DNA of 64,000 nucleotides from Paraspadella gotoi. Its lineage: Eukaryota; Animalia; Chaetognatha. The translations under genes and the position numbers were made by a program. The stretch spans positions 19,581,642 to 19,645,641 of the forward strand of contig CM119265.1 in the NCBI GenBank assembly GCA_051294375.1. The letters are read 5' to 3'. Below the pieces are notes generated by a model, which did no database searches, was not told where the DNA came from, and saw only the letters and a list, made by a program, of their open reading frames with translations. Positions 12,464 through 22,900 of this stretch are shown here, one piece after another (positions within the stretch are counted from its first letter, which is position 1; every line of letters starts with the position of its first letter).

Positions 12464-12879
12464 TTAAACCTCAACCTAGTAATGACAAGATGGATATCAG
12501 GTTGTTATTATGTTGTGAGCTGGGTAGGTTTGTTTGACCAGCAACAAACAAATTGAACTAAACTTGACTTGGTTTTGATAATAAGAGCGAAAATGAAATT
12601 TGTAAATAAGAACCGAACGGATGTCATATCAATTTATAAATGACATTCCGAAGTCTTGTTTTCTTCTTTTTTTTGTGTGTGTGTGATTTTTTTTTGTTTC
12701 GCAGTGACTTCTTATCTTTCTTATCTTTTTTCCCTTTCTTTTCTTCCCGACTTCTCTTCCTTTCTTTTTTATTTCTTATGATGCGATTTTCATTCCAAAG
12801 GGAAAACATTTTTCGTCTTCAAAGCCTCGTTTTGTTTCTGAGAAGGGTGAGACGAAGATGGAGAGAGAAGGGATAGGGA

Positions 12880-12984
<105 letters not shown>

Positions 12985-13363
12985 TAAGAAAGATTGAAAA
13001 AAAAATAGGGTAAAAAAAATTTTTTCTTTTTCCATTCGTGCCATTTCTTTTTTCCGTCTTTTTCCTTTCGCTCTTTTATGGATATCATAAAGACCCGAAA
13101 GACATAAAAGTTCCGCCGCTGCCCGTAGTTCTACTCCTCACTTTTCATGGGCGAAAAAAAAAGTTTGAAAAAGAAAAGTTTCTTATTAAAATTCGTTTTT
13201 TTTCTATGTTAAAAAAAAGGGATCTTTGTGCTAGAGAAAGGAGTAAAATTTTTAATTCATTTATGTACCGGTTTTAAGATAATTACCGTTTGTATCAATT
13301 ACAGATTATTAAAACTTTTTTCTTGTCAAATGATTAAAGAACGAAAAGTTGAGGAAAAGAATG

Positions 13364-13435
<72 letters not shown>

Positions 13436-13750
13436 GATAGAGAGAGAGAGAATAAGACCAACGTCCAATATATATCGTGTTGACTTTTGACTGTCGCCAC
13501 AGTTTGACCTTGAGTCATAACCTTGTCTTGAACTCGCCAACCATGGGGCGATGACTTTCCACACCATCAGAAATTTTCCCGCGGAATCGATTTTCTTCGT
13601 CGCGTTCTTCAGATTATTGCGGAAAAAACAATTGGGCCGAAAAAATCTTTGTAAATGTTATGTTTAAGGCCATATGTTCAAAAAGCGACCCATTTCAGCT
13701 TTAATCTAGAAGTTTTTAAGTTTGAAGATAAGGTTCGTGTTTAAAAATAA

Positions 13751-13935
13751 AGGTTAAGAATTAGGGTTAAGGGTTAAAGGTTAAGGGTTAAGGGTTAAGG
13801 GTTAAGGGTTAAGGGTTAAGGGTTAAGGGTTAAGGGTTAAGGGTTAAGTTAAGGATTTGTTTAAAGATTTAGGGTTGGGGATATGTGTGTCGGGTTAGGG
13901 GATAAGGTAAGGTATTCTGGTTAGAGATTATGATT
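13751..13935 (+). repeat. Interstitial telomere-like (TTAAGGG)n array with degenerate flanks
   Basis: Nine perfect consecutive TTAAGGG units at 13781-13843, with TTAGGG/TTAAAGG variants on both sides. Confidence 0.9.
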
Positions 13936-14177
13936 AATTAATTAATTAAATTTAATGTTTGGGATATATATAATTGACTTAAAATTATGTTCAGGGATGA
14001 AGAACTTTTTTTCCTTTTCGTCAAATCCTCTCAACCTGTTGAAAACCGCCAAGAATGATCCCCGCACTTTTTTTCTTTTATTCGTCAAAAACCTTTCTCT
14101 TCTTCTCATGTCTTGAGACCCCTGTCATATTTGTGGCTTTCTGGAAGAGAAAAAAAATCTAAACGGAAACGATTATT

Positions 14178-14212
<35 letters not shown>

Positions 14213-14499
14213 CTCTTTCTTTCTTTACTTCTTTCTTTCCCGATTTCTTTCCTGTGTTTAGACTTTAGACCTGTTGTGCCCTTTTCTTATCATATTCTCT
14301 TTTGGAAAGCCTCTTTTAACCTCATCTTCCCTTTTTTCTCCCTTCCTTCCAAACATCCATTCTGTCATAACCTGGTTGTCGTCATCGTTTAATAAGATCA
14401 TTCTTATCTCTATCCATCTTTCCCGAAATGTCATTTTCTTATTCCCAAATATATACTTATTTTGCAACGAGAGTTTTCAATTGTTTGGGGCATTGATTT

Positions 14500-14925
14500 T
14501 ATTTTTATTATAGGTAAAAACACGGACATGTTTCGACTCTGGTTCGAGCCTTCATCAGCGCAAAAACATTTGTCGAAAATAGAGCTCTTACATGTCCGTA
14601 TTTTTATTGTAATAAATAATTTTGCCGTTTTTTTTCTTTTTTCAACTATCAAAAAGCAACGAAACGAAAAGGATACTTTACAAACACTTATTTGCAACAT
14701 ATTATCGTTGAAAAAAAGGACAGCGTAAACCGCTGATAACCGTATGCTGTCCGGCACTCAACCAATATTTGTGATAACCAAAGATCGATTTTCAATATTT
14801 GACGAGCTTTAAAAGATCCTTTCTTGTGATTGAAGAGTCAAAATATTGTGGAGATTTCGGTGTTGATCATGTTTAAACATTGAAGTGGGTTTTTGTGAGA
14901 GCGAATTGCGTCAACGTTGCCTTTC
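14500..14925 (-). mobile_element. Decayed Penelope-like retroelement 3' end (GIY-YIG C-terminal relic plus hammerhead-bearing terminal repeat)
   Basis: Reading across several frameshifts at ~14925-14710 gives VDAIRSHKNP / TSMFKH..HNI / FKARQIL / SIF / DSIRLSAVYAVL. This resembles the end of PLE GIY-YIG domains (H..H..R.ILES..I...LS.VY..L) and is followed ~150 nt later by the hammerhead on the same strand. The peptide match is by eye only. Confidence 0.5.
14521..14562 (-). ncRNA. Minimal type I hammerhead ribozyme (Penelope-like element type)
   Basis: Minus strand reads UGCG-CUGAUGA-A-GGCUC-GAACCA-GAGUC-GAAA-CAUG-UC/CGUG. It has the full core (CUGAUGA, GAAA, GUC cleavage triplet), a 5-bp stem II, a palindromic ACAUGU stem III and a 4-bp stem I (two G-U pairs). 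Confidence 0.8.
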
Positions 14926-15019
14926 TGTGACAATGAAAATGAAAGGCATTTCGTCCAACGAGGGACAAGCATCACTGATCAGACTTGCGTGGACTTGTGT
15001 GTGCGCCAAAATTTTTTAA

Positions 15020-15152
15020 ATTATAGTAGCTTAATTTACATTTGGCACACCCTAGTGGATCTGCCATCCTCCAAAACAACAGGTGCAACGAGTTGGGTTC
15101 GAACAGGGAACCTCAGCGGGAAGGGCGGATGACCTAATTATGACGCCACCTG
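15020..15152 (-). mobile_element. Degenerate tRNA-derived SINE
   Basis: Minus strand: TGGCGTCATAATTAGG (A-box-like, 15148-15133), then GTTCGAACCC (B box, 15104-15095) at tRNA-like spacing. It does not fold into a full cloverleaf; the 3' boundary is approximate. Confidence 0.45.
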
Positions 15153-17062
15153 GCAAACTGTGACAATGCAGCAACAGAGAGATTTATTTGTCTAACGACA
15201 TTGTTGTCATCATCGTCGACGCCACCACCTTTGTCATCATCGTCGTCATCGTGGTCGTTGCTGCTGCTTCCGCCGCATCGAGTCACTAGTCATTTTGGCG
15301 AGCGAAGCTGTTCACTCCTACGGACGCCTGTCAAATGTGAGGCGTAATATTTCACGTGAAACTCGCTCGTGTTCCTTGGTGCCAACGACTCGCGCTTTTC
15401 TACTTTTTTATTTTCATTCTGTTGAAAATTTAAAGATTTTGACATTTTAGTACTTCCGGTACATTATGATATATGATGTACTGCCCCTTGTGGTGGTCTC
15501 GTTGCAAAAGAAGCTTCAACTTTAATATACTCGTGTAGAAGACGAAATTAGTAATAATAAAAGTTAATAATAACTCGTTTAAACTATTCAACACGTTTCT
15601 TCATCATGTGATTGTTTACTGGTTACTCGTAGGTATCCTAGTTTGGCCTTGTAAGCATTGGCGTCATCGTCGTTGTCGTTGTCGTTGTTGGCACCGCTTT
15701 CTTCCAGTTCCTCCACGGGCAGGAAGTGTCGGTTGTCAGTTATTAACTTCGGCCGGAACGACTAATTTTAACGAAGGACGAGTTTTTTAACCGGAGGGAT
15801 GAGTCACGCACTTCCTCCTCCTCATCTTCTTCCTCTTCTTCATCATCCTCCTAATTTTCCTCCTCCTCTTCCATCCTCTCCTCCGTGCGCACGACACGTA
15901 ATTATCGACAATCATTAAAATCGGCGTTCCCTCGCCCGGGCGACAACATTTTTTATTAGGACTAATTTCATTCGCTTTTCATATACGATGCAGTTTCACA
16001 TAGAATCTAAATGAGCGTAAGATTGGTAAGTTAACTCGTAAGATGTCGCTACTGGTTGGGGAGTTGTCCTAGGACGTTTTTTTTTATTCCAACGCTTAAT
16101 TGAAAAAAATACCAAACCTTGGTAATTTCAACTCGGCAGGATTACATGCCACAGACGATAGCCAGCAGAAAGCGGTTTTGCTTGTTGGCCCTTGGCAGAC
16201 AGAGTTACAGAGCGACCCGGAGGACTCAGCTGTCAGAATAGTGCACGATATAAGTTTGATCTCATCAGGTCACATCTGGCAAAATAATCTTGATGCGAAA
16301 CAATCGAACGAGAAATCACGCGGCCGACCTATAAACATTATTTTTTTCCGGTAAAAGTTGACTAGTAAAAAATATCCAAAAAGTGACTAAAATTATTCTA
16401 TATCGGAAGATGAAAATGACGGTTCGTCCGTGGAGTTCGTCAAAAAAAGACAGATGTTCCCTTTGGAGCATTTCGACAAGTTAAATCTCAAGTGGCAGTA
16501 ACGAGATGTAGAACAAAATCAATTTAAAAGATGAGCACTTCGCTAATTCTTTTAGACTTTTTTACAACTCGCTCTGTCTTTTTTTCGTCTCGGCCTCCTT
16601 CCCATCACTACTCTTTCCCGTTTCATCGTTCAAAAGTAAAAAAAAATAATGAAAATCGATAAAAACGTCGGGAGCTTCGATAAGACGACGCCGAAAACTT
16701 TTTTTTTTCAGGCTGGAAAATAATCGAACATGAAAGGAGACGGAAGAGTTCGAGACGCTGAGGACCCCGTTATTTTGAAATATTGTTTATTTAATTAACA
16801 ATCTACAAAAAACGAAACAATTTTTTAAATGGATTTTGATTAGGCTTGGAAAGTCAAAATATTTTGAGAGAGAGAGAGAGAGAGAGAAGGAGAGAGAGAG
16901 AAGATCAAATGCAGAACAATCAATCTTCCATTATCATGGCAATCATCGTTATCACTCACGGAAACACGCGTAATTTTCCTAGTTATGTGAAATTTGTGCG
17001 ACATGCTAAAATTGAAACGAGAAGAGAGAGAGAGAGAAGAGAAGAGAGAGAGAGAGAGGAAG

Positions 17063-17093
<31 letters not shown>

Positions 17094-17906
17094 CAAGAGA
17101 TGCAGAGAGAAGAGAAGGCAGAGAAGGAGAGAGCAGACCAGACAAGAGACAAACCAACGAGAGAGAGAGAGGCAGGGACAGAGAGGAGAAAGAGAGAGGA
17201 GGAGAGAGAAGAGAATTGGTGTGAATGTTCCGATCGTTTCTTTCTCTAGCGAAAATGGGTGACTCGAGATAATTACCATCATCAAGGACTCTGGCTCATT
17301 GTCCCCTCGTCATTCGAGTCGGTGTAATCGTTGGGCTGCAAGGTCGTCGTCGTCCCCGTTGCCTAGGATACGGACGACGCGCCTCGATTTACAAATTCAA
17401 TGAGTTTGAGGAAGACGAGTCTTTAGTTGGGATCGAAAAGGACATTAAGTCGGTTCTCGGTGAGAGGAGAACGTTTTAACGCGAGTGTGTCTTTGTAACG
17501 GGATCATTGTAACGGCAATGTAGTCTAGTCTTAATTGTAACGCCATTGTTGTAACTGCAGAGTCATAATTGCAACGCTGTCGTTGGAATAGCCGAGTGAA
17601 CCTAATAGACCTAATAGAATCATTAAAAATCATCATTAATTGTTATTGTAACGTGTTAAAAAGACTTAATAATATTATCGAGCTCAAATTGTAGCGATTT
17701 TATGTTCTTATAAGGAGCTTGTCTACAGTAGCAACGGATCCAAAACGTCATCTTGATAACGTAACGCGATAAAATTGATTTTTGTGATTCGTCGATACAA
17801 TTAGACCAGTCGCGTGATCTATTGGCGAATGGGCGATCACTGATCATTATTTAATGAGCGATTAGCTTAGGAGAGATTGCTTTCGTGCCTTTTGTAGTCT
17901 CTCTCT

Positions 17907-17973
<67 letters not shown>

Positions 17974-19259
17974 GTAAAAAAGCAAAACATTCGATTCGCT
18001 CCGGATCAAAGGTTAATCGTTTTTAACGAGTCGATGCCTAAAACCTGGAAAGTTTCTTCCCACCGCAGTTCGGCTTCGGCTAAGGAATACGCTATTTCTG
18101 AAGAGGAGGAGAGGAGAGAGGAGAGAGAGAGAGAGAGAGAGATGAGAGAGGAGAGAGAGAGAGCAGAGAGAGACAGAGAGAAGAAAGATAGAGAGAGAGA
18201 GAGAGAGATAGAGCAGACGAGAGCAGAGAGAGAGAGAGAGAGAGAAAGAGATGGAGAGCAATCGAGAGCAGAGAAGAGAATTACGATTTGAATTGCGAGA
18301 ACTCTGCCAAAACTTTTTTTGAACTTGAACATCGCAAAATAATCATGATAACCCCCGCCCTTGGATTTTTGGATAAAATCTTCGGCCTATATCTATCCTC
18401 TACGTTTCTGCGGGCGTTGAACTTGCGCCTCTCTACGAAGAGACCTTCGTTGCGCGCCGCCAACAACGTTTCAATGACATTTCAATATTCAGAGAGACTA
18501 ATTAAAAAATATGGCCAGGTCAGTATTCTTTGGCAGTAATATCTACTATCAGTTTTCGATATCGGATCACGAATAGAGGGAAATTCCGTTGGCACCAACG
18601 ATTCCTCCCTCCCCTTTTTTTAATATTTTCTCTTCTTTTTTAAATATTTATTTTTTTTATCTTCTCTATTCTAGCTTACTTTTCTATTTTTCCGTCTCTC
18701 CCACTTCCCCCTTTTCAAAACGGAAAACTGAAAAGTGATAAAAAATTTATGAAATTTTCAGCAACTTTTCATTCGGCTTTGGTGGAGATACGGACTTAAA
18801 AAGAACGAAGATCAATTCGGACCAAAAAAAAAAAAAAAAATGGAAAGAGTAAATTCGGGAAACGAATTTCTGCAAAGATGAGAATCCATCTAGACTGTTG
18901 AGTGTTGAGTCGTCCCTTCCCAACAAAGTCAAGTCTTAATTTTTTTTGCCATTATCGAAATATGTGGTTATAATGAAAATTTATAAGTTGGTGCTCTGTT
19001 TTAGAATAAATAAGGATTAAACAGTAGTGAACGAATGTTGTTAAAAATTTACGACTGCGATGGAAACAATACTTCATTTTTAAAATTCTAATTTTCAAGG
19101 AATTTTTTTTCCATATAATTAAAAAGTTTTTTTCTCGTCGCCTTTGGTTATTGTGTTTAGTTGGTCGGTTTTTTCAATATTTCGGTGGGTGACCAATTTT
19201 CTTGGTCTTTTTTGTCAAAGTTATTCGGCGCCGTCATCGTCGTTACAGTCATAATCATT

Positions 19260-19309
<50 letters not shown>

Positions 19310-19478
19310 ATTTCGGTTCGATTTCAGCCTAAGTCGAATCATTAGAGAAAACAATTTCCTTTGTTCTTTTGTTATTCTGGCTTCGATTTTGAGGCGCCAT
19401 TTTTAAATTGCCTCTAAGAACCGCTGAAGAGCGGCGGCGGCTGCAGCAGATGCGGCAGCGGTGTTAAGAAGGAGTGGT

Positions 19479-19905
19479 GCGCTAACAGGCGAATTCATAG
19501 GCGGAGAGCGTCACAGACGGGAGCGGGAGCAGGGAGGGGACGAGAGAGAGGAGAGAGACGGGTTGATGCGGATGGAGAGAGACATGGATGAGATGAGAGA
19601 GACGAGCACGAGAGAGAGAGAGAGAGAGAGATCGAGAGAGATTTTTGAAAAAGGGAAACTATCGGTCGTGAGAGCTCTCTTTGTCTTCTCTCATTTCTTT
19701 TTAATTCCTAAAACACAAATGGTTTTCTTGTGGTGACGTTTTTCCAATGTTGTAAATCGGAAAAAGTTGGGGAAAACTAAAGAAAATAACATAAGATTGA
19801 CGATATAACGAAGTCGTGTTTAAGGCAAAATAAATTAAGAAGAAAGATCTTAGTGAGAAACCTTTCCATTACTTTTTCCGCCCGCTCTCTCTCCTCTCTC
19901 TGCTC
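19479..19905 (+). repeat. Direct repeat, copy 1 (copy 2 at 24406-24836); both end at an N gap
   Basis: gcgctaacaggcgaattcatagg...ctctctgctc followed by N in both places. Confidence 0.95.
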
Positions 19906-19932
19906 NNNNNNNNNNNNNNNNNNNNNNNNNNN

Positions 19933-22900
19933 CTCTCTCTCTCTTTTGGTTCAGGGACGCGCCTGGTTTTACCGATAAAGTTACTTTTGTGAGTCTGCAT
20001 CTTCGCATCTCATTGTGAACGATAAAAAAGAGACGTGGAGTACTAAAGTATAAACGCGTGAAAGTACTAAGGTTTCTCTCTTTTTTTATTCAAGTTACTT
20101 TTTTACGATGCATAAAAAAGTGAAGTATTTACTATTTTTTTTTCGCCTTTAAAAAAAAAGAAAAAGAAAAAAAAAGGATAAATGCGGTCGTGCGGTGGCA
20201 TTTTCTTTTTTTTTCTCTCTCAATTTTTCTTTCTCTTTTTTTACTTTTCTTTTCCTTTTGACTTTAAAATTCTTTTTGTGTTTTTCTTTCTCTTGTTCTT
20301 TCTTTTTATTTTTTAAAAAAAATGTTTACTTATTTTAGTCAATAAAGGAATCTTTTTCTCTTTGTTTTTTATTAGTAATTTTACTTTCTGCTATCGACTG
20401 CGTTTATATTGAAAACTTTATCTTTGTCTCTCTTTTTAAAATTTTTTTCGCGATCGATCTTACGAACCAAAATGGCCGCCACAATCGAGCGCCTTTCATC
20501 CAGCACTGCAGACGAATTTTTCTTCGTCTTCTGTCTCTCTTTTCTTTTCTCCCTCCCCTCTCATCTCGCCTCTCTTTTTTTCATCTCAACAAATTCAAGC
20601 TAAACTTATTTAAAAACTCACTTATTCCCATGGAATAAAATAAGTAAGTAAATACCGTAAGACAAGATTTTATTCGAATGAAACCAAAACTTTATTAGAA
20701 TATTAACAACGAGAGTGCAATAAATTTATAAAGTATAAATTATGGGTAACCTATAGTGAAGATCGAAGCCGAGTTTTTCTCTTGAATTGCAAAAATGTAA
20801 ATAATTTTCCCGGCATAAAATTCCTATTTTGAATTCTTTGATTTCATAACAAAGTGGTTCATTTAAAAGTCATTGTACTTTTATTCCAGCTCGATGACGT
20901 TCATTTATTCCACTTTGATCTCGAATTTTTCTTACTAAAAATTTCATCCTCCACTATATATATATATATATAATAAATATAAATATTCGACAATAAGCTC
21001 GACCTTTCTTTTAAACTCTTTACTTGATATCCAAACTCCAACCTGCTTTGAATCGACCACAAATTTAACCACATTCCTCTTCCTTATCCCGACTCTACCC
21101 ACGCCAGAGTCCACTCTTAGTTGTGAACATTTGTCTCCTCGGCTTTTCACATCCTCAGCCGAAAAGGAGGGAAGGAGTGAAAGTCTGAAGGAGGAGTGAC
21201 AAAGAGGAAGGCGTGAGACGGGGGGGCGACCGTGAGCGTCAGGGGGCGGAGTAACTCCCGACGGGCGACGCCGATGACGTCAGTGCGTGAGCGACGGAAC
21301 CGTGTCACCGCATAAACAGTCCCGATCGGTCGTGGGCGTGACGGAGGTGAAAGATGTTGGGTTTGGGGGTTGGGGGTGGTGAGATTGCGGCGAAGAAGGA
21401 TTAATTCTCAGGTTTAGTTAAATGAGAGAAATACTTCTTTTCTTTCGGTAACATCATTTCTCACATTTTTACCAAAAGAATCCTTCTCAGTTTCAATACA
21501 TGACCGTTGGTTTCACTTTCTGAATATATATATATAATAGATATATATAATATATATCACGAAAATACTTTGTGTCTCTTCCTTTTTTTTTGGTTTGGCT
21601 TCTCTTACTTCAGCATCAAAGATTCAGAAGCCAAAGTCGATTTCGATAACCGCGTCGTTTTTTGCGAATCGGGAAAAGTGGCGGAGGTGGAAACTAGGAA
21701 AGGGTGGTTTGATGGGTTGGGGCGAAAGGGTTGGTGGATGTGTAGGGGGTTATAGATACCTTCGTTGGATGCGTTGGAGAGCAAGGCCAGGGCGACGAAT
21801 TGTGGTGGGTACTCAAAGAGATGGAGAGGGAAACTGGACCAACCGGGTCATAATTAAACGGGAAAAGAATGATTGTGGACGAACATATAGAAATGATGGA
21901 TATTAAGAGCATTAGCGGGAAGAGAAAAAGGTGATTGAGAAATGAAGACTTGTAAAGAATCTCCTTTCAATTTCTTCTCAAGCTTAAAAAAACGTGAAAA
22001 TATATGAAATCCGTAACATTTTTTTTTTTGTTGATGTTCCTCACCCGTCGGACCAGAAGTCGGGCAGAGGAAATTTAGACGAGTTTTTTTTTTCGAACGG
22101 CAAAGAAGAAAGGATAGAGAAATAAATAGAAATCAAATACCGTAAAAAAATAAACGTGAAAAGGGAGAAACAATTAGCTTGAGAAGAATTGAAAGAGATT
22201 CTATTACAAGTTTCATTTTTCAATACCTTATTCTCCTTTCCCGCTAATGCTCTTAATATCCATCATTTCTATACTGCTTCGTCCACAATCATTCTTTTCC
22301 CGTTTAATTATGACCCGCGTTGGTCCAGTTTCCCTCTTCCATGCTCTTTGAGTACCCACCACAAATCGTCGCCCTGGCCTTGCTCTCCAACGCATCCAAC
22401 GAAGTTATCTATACCCCCGCGTACACATCCACCAACCCTTCGCCCGCCAACCCATCACAACCAACCCTTCCTAGATATCACCTCCGCCACTTTTCCCGAT
22501 CTTCGCAAAAACGACCGCGGCGTTTATCGGAAAACTCGACTTTGGCTTCTGAATCTTGATGCCTGAAGGTAAGAGAAGCCAAACCAAAAAAAAGAAGGAA
22601 GCAGACACTAAGTATTTCGTGCATATATATAATATATATATACTCATTATAATATATATATTCTAGAAAATGAAAATCAACGGTCATGTATTGAAACTGA
22701 GAAGGATTCTTTTGGCTAAAAAATCTGAGAAATGATTTTACGAAAGAGAAAAGAAGTATTATCATCTCAACATAAAACCTGAGAATAATCCTTCTTTCGC
22801 CGCAATCTCACCCACCCCAAACCCCCAAACCCCAACATTTCACCCCCGTTCACAGCCACGACACGAACCGATCGCGGACTGTCTTATGCGGTGACACGCG

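Larger units (their letters stand above)
7362..12512 (+). repeat. Duplicated block A, copy 2
   Basis: Collinear with 1-5170 at an offset of ~7.35 kb. Confidence 0.95.

Noticed and set aside
13781-13843. Chromosome end / true telomere
   Set aside because: The array is short, internal and flanked by ordinary sequence on both sides.
15085-15152. Functional tRNA gene
   Set aside because: The A box is degenerate and acceptor and anticodon stems do not pair; kept only as a SINE relic.
16240-16275. Other CUGANGA hammerhead-like cores (also 4090, 21153, 27148, 30216)
   Set aside because: Each lacks a proper stem II followed by GAAA, or lacks stem III/UH and a closing stem I.
21985-22175. SMRTbell adapter in the fold-back spacer
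   Set aside because: Only loose resemblance (ttgttgatgtt; aacgg...gagaat); not close enough to call.
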